Shown piece after piece: positions 49,772 to 60,951 of a stretch of 64,000 nt of DNA. The position numbers and the translations under genes are program-made. The stretch comes from Betaproteobacteria bacterium (GTDB taxonomy: Bacteria > Pseudomonadota > Gammaproteobacteria > Burkholderiales > SG8-41). A model generated the notes under the pieces. The model saw only the letters and a program-made list of their open reading frames with translations. It was not told the DNA's origin and ran no database searches. The stretch spans positions 364-64,363 of the forward strand of contig RPOR01000005.1 in NCBI GenBank assembly GCA_003820645.1, in the 5' to 3' direction. How positions within the stretch are numbered: the first letter of the stretch is position 1; each line of letters begins with the position of its first letter.

Positions 49772-51055
49772 ATGGAGCGTGTCCAATGTCTGGCTGCTGA
49801 AACTGTTTCGCAAGTGCTCTCCGGGCACGGCTTGGACGCTGAACTCGCGGTTTTGTGGCGCAATGAGGCAACGCTGACACCACAGCAACGCGGTGCCGTG
49901 CAGGATCTGACCTACGGCGTGCTGCGTCATCTCGGATATCTCGACGCTGTGCTTGGACAGTTGCTGCAGCGCCCGTTGACCGATGCGCTGGTGCGCAACC
50001 TGTTGCATGTCGCCATTTTTCAATTGAGTCACTCGAAAGCGCGTTCCTATGCGATCGTCGACCATGCCGTAACGGCCTGCGCGCGACTCGGATTCCCGAG
50101 GGCGCAGGGTCTGGTCAATGCCATATTGCGCAATTTTCTGCGCCGCCGTGCCGATCTGGATGCCGTCGCGGGAGCAACGGACCAGGGAAAATATTCCTAT
50201 CCGAAGTGGTGGATAGACAAGCTGGAATCCCAGTTTCCGGATGACTGGCGCGCCATACTCCTGGCCGGCAATGTGCGCCCGCCATTGACACTGCGGGTCA
50301 ATCGCCGTCGCCTCAGCCGGGATGCCTATCTGGCACTGCTGGCCCAGCACGCCATCGCCGCACGCGCGGTGGGTCATGCCGGGGTGATCGTCGACAAGCC
50401 GTGTCCGGTGGCGCAGCTACCCGGGTTTGCAGATGGGCTGGTGTCGGTGCAGGACGCCGGCGCGCAATTGGCGGCCGAACTGCTCGATGTTTGCGACGGC
50501 CTGCGCGTGCTTGATGCCTGCGCCGCCCCTGGCGGCAAAACGGCACATCTGCTCGAACTCGCGGATCTCGAACTCGTTGCCGCCGACATTGATGCGACAC
50601 GCCTCCAGCGGGTCGCCGACAACCTGTCGCGGCTGTCGTTGCGGGCGCGGCTGGTGCAGGCCGATGCGGAGCGGCTGGAGTTCTGGCGCGACGCCGGCTT
50701 CTTTCAACGCATCCTTGCCGATGTACCGTGCACCGCGTCAGGGGTGGTTCGCCGCCATCCGGATATCAAATGGCTGCGCAGGCCCGGGGACATTGCGGCG
50801 CTGACAGGCAGGCAGGCGCGTATCCTCGACACGCTTTGGCAGTTGCTGGGCAGAGGTGGTAAATTGCTGTATGCGACCTGCTCGGTTTTCCATGAAGAAA
50901 ATAACCGGCAGATCGAACAATTCATTGCCCGCCACGCCGATGCACGGCAACAGCCACTGCCGCTGCTCGCTGACGGCATAAAGCAGGTCCAGGGCCAACT
51001 TCTTCCGGATGCAGCGCATGATGGTTTTTTCTACGCCCTCCTGGAAAAAATTTGA
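49772..51055 (+). CDS. rsmB: 16S rRNA m5C967 methyltransferase RsmB (Sun)
   Basis: 427 aa with an N-terminal NusB-like domain and a SAM methyltransferase domain (DACAAPGGKT; DVPCTASGVVRRHPDIKW; YATCS). Confidence 0.93.
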   Translation: MERVQCLAAETVSQVLSGHGLDAELAVLWRNEATLTPQQRGAVQDLTYGVLRHLGYLDAVLGQLLQRPLTDALVRNLLHVAIFQLSHSKARSYAIVDHAVTACARLGFPRAQGLVNAILRNFLRRRADLDAVAGATDQGKYSYPKWWIDKLESQFPDDWRAILLAGNVRPPLTLRVNRRRLSRDAYLALLAQHAIAARAVGHAGVIVDKPCPVAQLPGFADGLVSVQDAGAQLAAELLDVCDGLRVLDACAAPGGKTAHLLELADLELVAADIDATRLQRVADNLSRLSLRARLVQADAERLEFWRDAGFFQRILADVPCTASGVVRRHPDIKWLRRPGDIAALTGRQARILDTLWQLLGRGGKLLYATCSVFHEENNRQIEQFIARHADARQQPLPLLADGIKQVQGQLLPDAAHDGFFYALLEKI

Positions 51056-51599
51056 CGTAGTCGCGCTGTTGCTGGCGTTGATACTGGTCGCGTCAGCTGC
51101 TTTTGCCGCACAGCCGCACGGCATTGAGGTTCGCCGTGCGGCTGTTGTTGCCGCAGACGATCAATATGTCCTGGATGCCGACATCGATATCGTGTTGTCG
51201 GCACCGCTCGAGGACGCGTTGAACAAAGGCATCCCGCTGTATTTTCTGCTTGATTTCGAATTGGTGCGTTCGCGCTGGTACTGGTTCAATGACAAAGTCA
51301 TTGCCCGGGAACAGGCTTATCGCCTTTCGTACAATGCACTGACCCGCCAGTACCGGATCGGTATCGGTGCGTTCTACCAGAACTTTCCGACGTTGGCCGA
51401 GGCGTTGCAGGTCATGAGCAAGGTGCGCCGGCGCGAAGAAATCGATCCCGGCACGCTCAGCAAAGGCACGAACTACACCGCAGGCATACGACTGCGGCTC
51501 GACACTTCGCAGTTGCCCAAGCCATTCAACCTGAATGCGCTCGGTTCACGTGAATGGAGCCTGGGTTCGGAATGGTACCGCTGGACGGTGACGCCATGA
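51009..51599 (+). CDS. Secreted protein of unknown function, DUF4390-like
   Basis: About 190 aa with an N-terminal signal/TM segment (VVALLLALILVASAAFA). The family is recognised from memory and from its conserved position between rsmB and ntrY. The start is uncertain (51009/51018/51021) and overlaps the rsmB 3' end. The stop overlaps the ntrY start (ATGA). Confidence 0.6.
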   Translation: MQRMMVFSTPSWKKFDVVALLLALILVASAAFAAQPHGIEVRRAAVVAADDQYVLDADIDIVLSAPLEDALNKGIPLYFLLDFELVRSRWYWFNDKVIAREQAYRLSYNALTRQYRIGIGAFYQNFPTLAEALQVMSKVRRREEIDPGTLSKGTNYTAGIRLRLDTSQLPKPFNLNALGSREWSLGSEWYRWTVTP

Positions 51600-53782
51600 C
51601 GACCGTTGCCGGCAAAGCGCCGCGAACCAGCGCAGTCATGCGCTATCTGCTGCTGTTTTCTGTCGGCCTTGGCGTGGCAGCCGTATTCCTGCTGGCCTCG
51701 GTCAGCGCGAACACGGCACTGTTCTCCGAATACTATCCGCTGCTGCTGGCGGTCAATCTCGCCATTGCGTTGCTGCTTGCGGGCATGGTTGCCTACCAGC
51801 TGGTCAGTCTGCGCCGCCGGCTCAAAGCCGGCGTGTTTGGCGCCAAACTGACACTGCGGCTGGTAACACTGTTCGCGCTGATGGCGGTAATGCCGGGAGC
51901 GCTGATCTACGGCGTATCCGTGCAATTCGTTTCGCAGAGCATCGAGTCCTGGTTCGAGGTGCGGCTGGACAGCGCACTGGAAAGCGGACTCAACCTTGGC
52001 CGCGGTACCCTTGAGGGGCGTCTGAAGGAATTAACCGCAAAAGCTGATGCGATGGCGCTGACGCTGTCGAACCGGCCGGAGACGGAACACATTGCCGCGC
52101 TGAATACCTTGCGTGAACAAGCGGCCGTTGAGGAAGTAACCCTGTACACAGTGCGCGGCAAAGTGCTGGCATTCTCTGGCAACGAACGCAGCGGCATCGT
52201 ACCAGAGCCGCCGGGCCCTGCCGCGATGCGCCAGCTCCGGCTGCAGCAGCCCTACAGCGTGATCGAGGCGATTCCAGATCGCGGGCTTTACCTGCGGGCG
52301 CTGGCGCCGGTTAACGCCGCGTCGCTGCTTGACGAGCCCCGCGTGCTTCAATTGCTGCAGCCCGTACCCACGCAACTCGCGCGCGATGCCGAGATTGTGC
52401 AATCCGGATATCGCGAATACCAGGAGTTGCAGTTATCCCGACGGGGACTGAAGCGCCTGTACGGGATTACGCTGACCTTGACCCTGTTGCTGGCACTGCT
52501 TTCTTCGCTGGGTCTCGCGTTCGTATTGTCCAGTCGGCTGTCTGCCCCGCTGAGCGCACTGGTGGAGGGTACGCGCGCGGTGGCGCAGGGCGATTTCAGC
52601 CGGCGCGCTGCGGTAGCCAGCCGCGACGAACTCGGACAGCTGACCCAATCCTTCAACAGTATGACGCTGCAGCTTGCCGAGGCCCAGGCTCGGGTTGAGC
52701 GAAATCAGGCGCAGGTCGCCCACGCCAAAGCTTATCTTGAAAGCGTGTTGGCGCATCTGTCTGCCGGGGTGTTGACGTTTGATAGCGCGTTGCGGCTGCG
52801 ATCGGCAAATCCCAGTGCCAGGCAGATTCTCGGTGCCGATTGCGGCCCACTGGTCGGCGCCGGATTGCAGGACTGGCCTGCGGTCGATGCGACGCTGGCA
52901 TCGCTGTCGAAAGTGGTGGCAGAGGCGTTTGGCCGCCCGGATGCCGCGGAATGGCAGCGCCAGGTGGAACGTGAAATGAAAGACGGTACGCAGGTATTGT
53001 TGCTCCGCGGCACACGGTTTGGCGAAGGCGCAGATGCCGGCCGGATAGTGGTGTTCGATGACGTGACGCATCTGCTGCAGGCGCAACGCGATGCTGCATG
53101 GGCGGAGGTCGCCCGCCGCCTTGCTCACGAGATCAAGAACCCGCTGACACCGATCCAGCTCTCGGCGGAGCGGATTCAGTTCAAGCTTGCGCCGAAGCTT
53201 TCTGCGGCAGACGCGGAAATACTCGCGCGTTCGACACAGACCATCGTCAGCCAGGTCGCGGCGCTGAAGCGCATGGTCGATGCGTTTGGCCAGTATGCGC
53301 GGACGCCGGAACCGGCGTTGCGTACGCTCGATCTCAATGCGTTGATTCACGAGGTTCTGATGCTTTACGAGTCACTCGGTTCGAGCATGCGACTCAATCT
53401 CGCAACGGACCTTCCGCCGGTGCAGGGTGATGCCACGCAGATCCGCCAGGTTATCCACAACCTGCTGCAGAATGCGCAGGATGCACTTGTCGGCACCGAA
53501 AATCCGTTTATCGAGATCGCCACAGCACGCCGTGAGGGCCGCGCCGAATTTTCGGTGACCGATAATGGCACCGGTTTTCCGGAACACTTGATGAAACGTG
53601 CATTCGAACCTTATGTGACAACCAAGCCGCGCGGTACGGGGCTCGGTCTGTCAATTGTGCGCAAGATTGTTGATGAACACCACGGCGAAGTGACTATTGC
53701 CAACATCGCCCCACATGGTGCGCGAGTTGCCATCGTGCTGCCTGCGGCGGCCGAGGGCGCAGGCGAACGTTCCGCTGCATGA
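51596..53782 (+). CDS. ntrY: NtrY-like sensor histidine kinase (TM-HAMP-PAS-HisKA-HATPase)
   Basis: N-terminal TM helices, HAMP (LSAPLSALVEGTRAVAQGDFSRR...ELGQLTQSFNSM), a PAS region, the H-box LAHEIKNPLTPIQLSAERI and ATPase N/G boxes (HNLLQNA; DNGTGF; GTGLGLS). ATG 51596 (ATGA overlap with the upstream gene) is preferred over 51554. Confidence 0.88.
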   Translation: MTTVAGKAPRTSAVMRYLLLFSVGLGVAAVFLLASVSANTALFSEYYPLLLAVNLAIALLLAGMVAYQLVSLRRRLKAGVFGAKLTLRLVTLFALMAVMPGALIYGVSVQFVSQSIESWFEVRLDSALESGLNLGRGTLEGRLKELTAKADAMALTLSNRPETEHIAALNTLREQAAVEEVTLYTVRGKVLAFSGNERSGIVPEPPGPAAMRQLRLQQPYSVIEAIPDRGLYLRALAPVNAASLLDEPRVLQLLQPVPTQLARDAEIVQSGYREYQELQLSRRGLKRLYGITLTLTLLLALLSSLGLAFVLSSRLSAPLSALVEGTRAVAQGDFSRRAAVASRDELGQLTQSFNSMTLQLAEAQARVERNQAQVAHAKAYLESVLAHLSAGVLTFDSALRLRSANPSARQILGADCGPLVGAGLQDWPAVDATLASLSKVVAEAFGRPDAAEWQRQVEREMKDGTQVLLLRGTRFGEGADAGRIVVFDDVTHLLQAQRDAAWAEVARRLAHEIKNPLTPIQLSAERIQFKLAPKLSAADAEILARSTQTIVSQVAALKRMVDAFGQYARTPEPALRTLDLNALIHEVLMLYESLGSSMRLNLATDLPPVQGDATQIRQVIHNLLQNAQDALVGTENPFIEIATARREGRAEFSVTDNGTGFPEHLMKRAFEPYVTTKPRGTGLGLSIVRKIVDEHHGEVTIANIAPHGARVAIVLPAAAEGAGERSAA

Positions 53783-53801
53783 CTAAGCAACCCCGAAAAC
53801 T

Positions 53802-55055
53802 ATGCGACAAATCCTGGTAGTAGACGACGAAATCGGCATACGCGAATTGTTGTCGGAAATTCTTTCCGACGAAGGTTATGACGTGCAACTCGCCGAAAAT
53901 GCCGGTGCCGCGCGCACCTTCCGCACCCAGACCCGCCCGGATCTGGTGCTGCTTGACATCTGGATGCCCGATACCGACGGGATCACTTTGCTCAAGGAGT
54001 GGGCGAGCACCGGCCAGCTGACCATGCCGGTGGTGATGATGTCGGGGCATGGCACGATCGATACCGCGGTCGAGGCCACCCGCATCGGTGCCTATGATTT
54101 TCTCGAAAAGCCGATTGCGCTGCAGAAACTGCTGGCCACCGTCGGTCGCGCGATTACCCGGGGCGAACAGCAACCGCGCGTGACTGCGGGACTGGCCGTG
54201 CTGGGGCGCACGCCGGTGGTCCAGGAAATCAAGCAGAGACTCCAGCGCATTGCCGGCAATCGTGCGCCGGTTCTGCTCCAGGGCGCACCGGGCTGCGCCT
54301 TCGAAGCATGTGCCCGCGTGCTGCACGCACCGAACATGCCGTGGAACGCCGTCGATCAAGATGCGCAGATCGTCGAGGCGCCGCTCGATCTGCTCCAGGC
54401 GGCACGCGGCGGTTCGCTGTTTGTGCGCGACATCGCCGAATTCAGCAGACTCGAGCAGCGCGGGCTGTATGTGCTGCTCTCGCAGGCGGAGCGCTACAAT
54501 GTAAGGGTGATCTGCGGCGCGACGCGCATGCTGTCAGATTTGATTGCCGGCGGTCAGTTCGATGATCGTGTCTATCAATTGCTGGGTGCCAATGCCATAC
54601 AGCTACCCCAACTGCGCGAACAGCGCGATGACATCCCGGAGATTGCCGGCGCGATGCTCAAGGAACTGGTCGAGCAGAAGCTGGTGCCACCCCGGCAGTT
54701 CAGCACCGCGGCGCTCAATGCGCTGCGGACCCATGACTGGCCGGGCAACTTCTCGGAATTGCGCAGCATCGTGCAGACACTGGCCAATACCGCAGCCGGT
54801 GAACAGATTTCGCTAGAGGAGACGCAGCGCGCGCTGCCGCGGGCGGCTGCCCCCAATGCCGCTGCATCGCTGCATCTCGACGCGCCGCTGCGCGATGCGC
54901 GCGATGCTTTCGAGCGCGTCTATTTCGAATATCACCTCGCCAAGGAGGGCGGCAACATCAGCCGCGTGGCCGACGCAGTCGGCCTCGAGCGCACGCATTT
55001 GTACCGCAAGCTCAAGCACCTGGGCATCAGGATCTCGCGCAAGAACGACGAGTGA
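53802..55055 (+). CDS. ntrX: NtrX-like response regulator (REC - degenerate AAA+ - Fis-type HTH)
   Basis: REC domain (VVDDE...[11 protein letters not shown]...MMSGHG), a central NtrC-like module with degenerate motifs (see findings) and a C-terminal [30 protein letters not shown]. Confidence 0.85.
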   Translation: MRQILVVDDEIGIRELLSEILSDEGYDVQLAENAGAARTFRTQTRPDLVLLDIWMPDTDGITLLKEWASTGQLTMPVVMMSGHGTIDTAVEATRIGAYDFLEKPIALQKLLATVGRAITRGEQQPRVTAGLAVLGRTPVVQEIKQRLQRIAGNRAPVLLQGAPGCAFEACARVLHAPNMPWNAVDQDAQIVEAPLDLLQAARGGSLFVRDIAEFSRLEQRGLYVLLSQAERYNVRVICGATRMLSDLIAGGQFDDRVYQLLGANAIQLPQLREQRDDIPEIAGAMLKELVEQKLVPPRQFSTAALNALRTHDWPGNFSELRSIVQTLANTAAGEQISLEETQRALPRAAAPNAAASLHLDAPLRDARDAFERVYFEYHLAKEGGNISRVADAVGLERTHLYRKLKHLGIRISRKNDE

Positions 55056-55164
55056 CCGGCCCGGGCGAGGCTGTAGACCTCGCCCCCATCGTGGCACTGC
55101 CGTTATAATTGCGGCTTTTCTGCACCGCTTTTTCAACAGCGTTTTTCCATCAGGATTGCAAGCC

Positions 55165-57165
55165 ATGAGTTCCCGACCCGAGTTGGCCAATGTGTTGCGC
55201 GCGTTGGCGATGGACGCCGTGCAACAGGCGAACTCCGGGCACCCCGGCATGCCGATGGGTATGGCCGAAATCGCCGAGGCGCTGTGGCGCCGCCATCTGC
55301 ACCACAATCCCGCCAACCCGCAGTGGGCCAACCGCGACCGGTTCGTACTGTCGAACGGCCATGGTTCGATGCTGCTCTATGCGCTGCTGCACCTGACGGG
55401 CTACGACCTGTCAATCGAGGAACTGAAACGGTTCCGCCAGTTGCACTCCAAGACCCCGGGCCATCCGGAGTACGGCATGGCCCCCGGTGTCGAGACCACC
55501 ACCGGACCGCTGGGTCAGGGCGTCGCCAACGCGGTCGGCATGGCGTTGGCGGAGCGGGTGTTGGCCGCCGCGTTCAACCGCGACGGGCATGCCATCGTCG
55601 ATCACCGGACTTATGTTTTTCTCGGCGACGGCTGTCTGATGGAAGGCGTTTCGCACGAAGCCTGTGCGCTGGCCGGAACCCTGCAGCTCAACAAGCTGAT
55701 CGCGCTGTACGACGACAACGCCATTTCCATAGATTCAGAAAAAGGGCAAATAAAACAATGGTTTACTGACAACACCCCGCAACGTTTCGCGGCTTACGGG
55801 TGGAATGTCATCTACGGCGTTGACGGTCATGACGCAGACGCCGTCGATACCGCAATCCAGCAGGCACAACGGGAGCCGTCCCGGCCAACGCTGATTTGCT
55901 GCAAGACGGTGATCGGCAAGGGCGCGCCGAAAAAGCAGAACACCGGCGGTGCCCACGGTGCGCCGCTGGGCGCCGAAGAAATCGCCGCAACCCGCGTGGC
56001 GATCGGCTGGTCGCATGCGCCGTTTGAGATCCCGGAAGCCGTGCGCGCCGAGTGGGATGCGCGGGCGCGCGGTGCTGCGCAGGAAGCGGCATGGAACGAG
56101 CGATTCGCGGCCTACGCCGTCGCATATCCGGACCTTGCCGCGGAATTCAAGCGCCGCATGGGCGGCGCACTGCCTGCTGACTGGGCCGCGCGCCGCGATG
56201 CGTTCCTCGCACAAACAGTGCAGAAGGCGGAAACCGTGGCCACGCGCAAGGCCTCGCAAAATGCGATCGAAGGCCTGGCGCCGGCGCTGCCCGAACTGAT
56301 CGGCGGTTCGGCCGACCTGGCGGCCTCCAATCTGACGCTGTGGTCGGGGTCAAAGCCGGTGGGCGCGACCGGCGGCGGCAATTACATCTATTTCGGCGTG
56401 CGCGAGTTCGGCATGGCCGCAATCTGCAATGGGCTTGCGCTGCACGGTGGCCTGATCCCGTACCAGGCGACTTTCCTGGTGTTCTCCGACTATGCACGCA
56501 ATGCGCTGCGCATGGCGGCGTTGATGAAACAGCGTGTGATCTGCGTGTTGACCCATGACTCCATCGGCCTCGGCCAGGACGGGCCGACACACCAGCCGGT
56601 TGAGCACGCGGCAACGCTGCGGCTGATGCCCAACATGCACGTCTGGCGGCCTTGCGACTCCGTCGAAACCGCGGTGGCGTGGGCCGGCGCAATCGAACGC
56701 CGCGACGGCCCCACCAGCCTGCTGCTGTCCAGGGATCCACTTCCATTCCAGCAGCGCACTGCCGATCAGGTGGCAGCGATTGCGCGCGGCGGTTATGTGC
56801 TGTCGGATGCCAATGCCGGCACAGCGTGCGCGGTGATCATTGCCACCGGTTCCGAAATTGCAGTCGCGCTTGCCGCGCAGCGGATACTGGCCGCCGCGGG
56901 TATTGCGGTGCGGGTGGTATCCATGCCTTGCACCCAGATCTTCGACCGGCAGGATGCCGCCTGGCGCGAAGCCGTATTGCCGCGCGGCCTGCCGCGCGTG
57001 GCGGTCGAGGCCGGCGTCACCGATTACTGGCGCAAGTACGTCGGGCTGGAGGGTGCCGTGATCGGCATCGACCGTTTCGGCGAATCCGCGCCGGCAGGCG
57101 AACTCTTCAAGTTTTTCGGCATTACCGGCGACGCTGTCGCGGCGGCAGTGCGCAGTGTGTTGTAA
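55165..57165 (+). CDS. tkt: Transketolase
   Basis: 666 aa from ATG 55165 ([32 protein letters not shown]), with the TPP motif GDGCLMEG. The 769-aa ORF-track version adds an out-of-context N-terminus overlapping ntrX. Confidence 0.96.
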   Translation: MSSRPELANVLRALAMDAVQQANSGHPGMPMGMAEIAEALWRRHLHHNPANPQWANRDRFVLSNGHGSMLLYALLHLTGYDLSIEELKRFRQLHSKTPGHPEYGMAPGVETTTGPLGQGVANAVGMALAERVLAAAFNRDGHAIVDHRTYVFLGDGCLMEGVSHEACALAGTLQLNKLIALYDDNAISIDSEKGQIKQWFTDNTPQRFAAYGWNVIYGVDGHDADAVDTAIQQAQREPSRPTLICCKTVIGKGAPKKQNTGGAHGAPLGAEEIAATRVAIGWSHAPFEIPEAVRAEWDARARGAAQEAAWNERFAAYAVAYPDLAAEFKRRMGGALPADWAARRDAFLAQTVQKAETVATRKASQNAIEGLAPALPELIGGSADLAASNLTLWSGSKPVGATGGGNYIYFGVREFGMAAICNGLALHGGLIPYQATFLVFSDYARNALRMAALMKQRVICVLTHDSIGLGQDGPTHQPVEHAATLRLMPNMHVWRPCDSVETAVAWAGAIERRDGPTSLLLSRDPLPFQQRTADQVAAIARGGYVLSDANAGTACAVIIATGSEIAVALAAQRILAAAGIAVRVVSMPCTQIFDRQDAAWREAVLPRGLPRVAVEAGVTDYWRKYVGLEGAVIGIDRFGESAPAGELFKFFGITGDAVAAAVRSVL

Positions 57166-58197
<1,032 letters not shown>

Positions 58198-58219
58198 TCG
58201 CAGCGGAACGGGCAACGCA

Positions 58220-59401
58220 ATGAAGTTTCTGAGGCTCACGGACCTGCCCCTTGCCGGCAAGCGCGTGTTCATCCGCGCTGACCTGAACGTGCCGCAGGAC
58301 GACGCCGGCAACATTACCGAAGACACGCGGATTCGTGCCACGATCCCCGGCATCAAACACGCGCTCGCCGCCGGCGCCGCGGTGATGGTGACTTCCCACC
58401 TTGGTCGACCGACCGAGGGCACGCTGACCACCAGAGACTCGCTGGCGCCGATCGCGAAGCGGCTGTCCGAGACCCTGGGTCAGCCGGTACGGCTGCTGCA
58501 GAACTGGGTCGACGGCGGCTTTACGGTCAGTCCCGGCGAAGTGGTGCTGCTGGAGAACTGTCGCGTTAACAAGGGCGAGAAGAAAAACGACGAGGCGCTG
58601 GCGCGCAAGATGGCCGCATTGTGCGATGTCTATGTCAACGATGCGTTCGGTACCGCACACCGTGCCGAAGCGACGACTTACGGCATCGCAAAGTTCGCGC
58701 CCGTGGCCTGTGCGGGCCCGTTGATGGCGGCCGAACTCGACGCGCTGGGCCGGGCGCTCGACAATCCCGCGCGCCCGCTGCTGGCCATCGTGGCCGGCTC
58801 CAAGGTATCGACCAAACTTACGATCCTGCGGTCGCTGGCCGCCAAAGTCGACCAGTTGATCGTCGGCGGCGGCATTGCCAACACGTTCATGCTGGCCTCC
58901 GGCATGTGCATCGGCAAGTCGCTGGCCGAGCCCGATCTGGTCGGCGAAGCGCAGGCAATCATCGACATCATGAAGGCGCGCGGCGCGCAGGTGCCGCTGC
59001 CGGTGGATGTGGTGGTTGCTGACGAACTCTCGGCGCTGGCCCGCGCGAATCCGGTAGCCGCAGACGCGGTGCGCCCGGACGATTTGATTCTCGACGTCGG
59101 CGTGAAAACCGGACGCATTTTTGCCGATTTGATTGCGCGGGCCGGCACGATTGTCTGGAACGGTCCGGTCGGCGTGTTCGAATACGATCAGTTTGCCGGT
59201 GGCACCAAAGCCGTCGCCGAGGCAATCGCCGCGTCGAAGGCGTTTTCGATTGCCGGCGGCGGCGATACGCTGGCGGCAGTGGCCAAGTACGGAATTGCCG
59301 GCAGAGTGTCTTATATTTCCACCGGCGGCGGCGCGTTCCTCGAGTTTCTCGAGGGCAAGACGCTGCCGGCTGTCGAAGTGCTCGAGCAGCGGGCAAAGTA
59401 A
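58220..59401 (+). CDS. pgk: Phosphoglycerate kinase
   Basis: 393 aa with [10 protein letters not shown] and conserved PGK hinge and C-domain motifs (GGGDT...[10 protein letters not shown]). Confidence 0.96.
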   Translation: MKFLRLTDLPLAGKRVFIRADLNVPQDDAGNITEDTRIRATIPGIKHALAAGAAVMVTSHLGRPTEGTLTTRDSLAPIAKRLSETLGQPVRLLQNWVDGGFTVSPGEVVLLENCRVNKGEKKNDEALARKMAALCDVYVNDAFGTAHRAEATTYGIAKFAPVACAGPLMAAELDALGRALDNPARPLLAIVAGSKVSTKLTILRSLAAKVDQLIVGGGIANTFMLASGMCIGKSLAEPDLVGEAQAIIDIMKARGAQVPLPVDVVVADELSALARANPVAADAVRPDDLILDVGVKTGRIFADLIARAGTIVWNGPVGVFEYDQFAGGTKAVAEAIAASKAFSIAGGGDTLAAVAKYGIAGRVSYISTGGGAFLEFLEGKTLPAVEVLEQRAK

Positions 59402-59469
59402 GCAGGCAATGTACGGCGGCGTGCGCGATCCGTGCGCGCCGGGCGCAGAATTTTCGGGATGGACGGCGC

Positions 59470-60897
59470 ATGATCCGCAGAACCAAGGTAGTCGCCACGC
59501 TGGGCCCCGCGTCCAGCGATGCCAAAACGCTGACGCGCATGATCGATGCCGGACTGGACGTCGTGCGCATCAATTTCTCCCACGGCACGCCCGATGAACA
59601 CCGGGCACGGGTTAATTTGGTGCGCCAGCTGGCGCGCAAGGCGGGCCGTGCCGTCGGCGTGCTGGTTGATTTGCAGGGCCCGAAGATCCGCATTGGCAGG
59701 TTCAGGGACGGCAAGATCACGCTGGTCCAGGGCGCGAAGTTCGTGCTCGACGCCGAGTGCCGGCTGGGCGACCAGGACGTCGTCGGACTGGATTACAAGA
59801 ATCTGCCCAACGATGTGCGCCCGGGTGACACATTGTTGCTGGACGACGGACGCCTCGTGCTCGCCGTCGTCAATGTGCGAGGCGCGCGCATTACGACCAT
59901 CGTCGAACAGGGCGGGCTGCTGTCGAACAACAAGGGCATCAATCGCAAGGGCGGCGGCCTGACTGCGCCGGCGCTGACCGAAAAAGACAAACAGGACATC
60001 AAGCTCGCAGCCGAGCTGCGGGCGGATTTCCTCGGGGTTTCCTTCCCCCGCTCCGGCGCCGACGTCAAATGGGCGCGCGACCTGCTGACCAAGGCGGGCG
60101 GTCACGGGTTGATCGTGTCCAAGATCGAGCGCGCCGAAGCGATTCCGGCGCTGGAAGAAATTCTCGATGCGTCCGATGCCATCATGGTGGCGCGCGGCGA
60201 CCTGGCCGTCGAAGTCGGCGACGCCGTGGTTCCGGCGCTGCAGAAGCGCATGATCCGCATGGCGCGCGAGAAGCAGAAACTGACCATTACCGCCACCCAG
60301 ATGATGGAGTCGATGATTGCGAGCCCGATCCCGACCCGTGCCGAAGTGTCCGACGTGGCCAACGCGGTGCTCGACGGCACGGATGCGGTCATGCTGTCAG
60401 CGGAAACTGCCGCCGGGCAGTATCCCGCAGAAACCATCGCCGCAATGGTGCGGGTGTGTATCGAGGCCGAAAAAGAGGACGTGCAGTCCCCGGAACGCCG
60501 CGGGGGCCCGCTCCAGGCCGATGTCGAACAGGCGATTGCCCGCGCGACGGCGTTTACGGCAAAAGGGCTGCCGATCAAGGCCATCGCGGCGATGACCCAG
60601 AGCGGGCGTACGGCGCTGATGATGTCGCGCATGTCCACTGCGGTGCCGATTTACGCCATGACCTCGGTGATCGAAACCCGCCGCCGGGTGACGCTGTTCC
60701 GCGGGGTGCACCCGGTCAAGTTCAAGGGTACGCGTAATCCGGAAAAAGCGCTGCAAATGGCCGAGGACGAGCTGTTGAAACGCGGCGTTGTCCAGCATGG
60801 CGACTTGATCGTGCTGACTATCGGCGAGCCGTTTGGCCGTGCCGGTGGCACCAATACCATGAAAATCGTCAAGGTCGGCGAGCATCGGAAGACCTGA
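59470..60897 (+). CDS. pyk: Pyruvate kinase
   Basis: 475 aa with RRTKVVATLGPAS, INFSHG and MVARGDLAVE motifs. Confidence 0.95.
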   Translation: MIRRTKVVATLGPASSDAKTLTRMIDAGLDVVRINFSHGTPDEHRARVNLVRQLARKAGRAVGVLVDLQGPKIRIGRFRDGKITLVQGAKFVLDAECRLGDQDVVGLDYKNLPNDVRPGDTLLLDDGRLVLAVVNVRGARITTIVEQGGLLSNNKGINRKGGGLTAPALTEKDKQDIKLAAELRADFLGVSFPRSGADVKWARDLLTKAGGHGLIVSKIERAEAIPALEEILDASDAIMVARGDLAVEVGDAVVPALQKRMIRMAREKQKLTITATQMMESMIASPIPTRAEVSDVANAVLDGTDAVMLSAETAAGQYPAETIAAMVRVCIEAEKEDVQSPERRGGPLQADVEQAIARATAFTAKGLPIKAIAAMTQSGRTALMMSRMSTAVPIYAMTSVIETRRRVTLFRGVHPVKFKGTRNPEKALQMAEDELLKRGVVQHGDLIVLTIGEPFGRAGGTNTMKIVKVGEHRKT

Positions 60898-60951
60898 TCG
60901 CCGCGTGTAAAATACCGCCTCATTCAGCAATCCCATACAGCAGGAGCATCC

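Noticed and set aside
48494-50377. 627-aa ORF on the minus strand spanning def, fmt and rsmB.
   Set aside because: It is a shadow ORF. def (48287), fmt (48824) and rsmB (49772) all start at coordinates congruent to 2 mod 3, and the antisense ORF is in exact codon register with them. Antisense stops therefore require the sense codons TTA, CTA or TCA, which are rare in this GC-rich genome. The product is Arg/Gln/Gly/Cys-rich with no recognisable domain, and the three sense genes are unambiguous.
51542-51557. parS-like CGGTTCACGTGAATGG, and a half-site CGCGTGAAACC at 45680-45690.
   Set aside because: Each has at least 4 mismatches to TGTTNCACGTGAAACA outside the CACGTG core, and both lie inside coding regions (the DUF4390 gene and topB).
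53451-53459. Perfect DnaA box TTATCCACA inside ntrY, and TTATCCACC at 4283-4291 inside dgt.
   Set aside because: These are isolated single 9-mers within coding sequence, encoding conserved residues such as VIHNLLQNA of the kinase N-box. There are no neighbouring boxes or AT-rich tract, so they are consistent with chance.
55092-55109. TGGCAC (sigma54 -24-like) and a perfect TATAAT hexamer upstream of tkt, plus an 8-bp GC hairpin at 55063-55085 after ntrX.
   Set aside because: The TGGCAC is not followed by a GC element at the -12 spacing. The TATAAT has no acceptable -35 hexamer at 16-18 nt, and the hairpin lacks a U-tract. These are too weak to call a promoter or terminator.
54856-57165. 769-aa version of the transketolase ORF.
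   Set aside because: The first roughly 100 residues overlap ntrX out of frame and are Arg/Ser/Ala-rich junk. Transketolase homology starts at ATG 55165.
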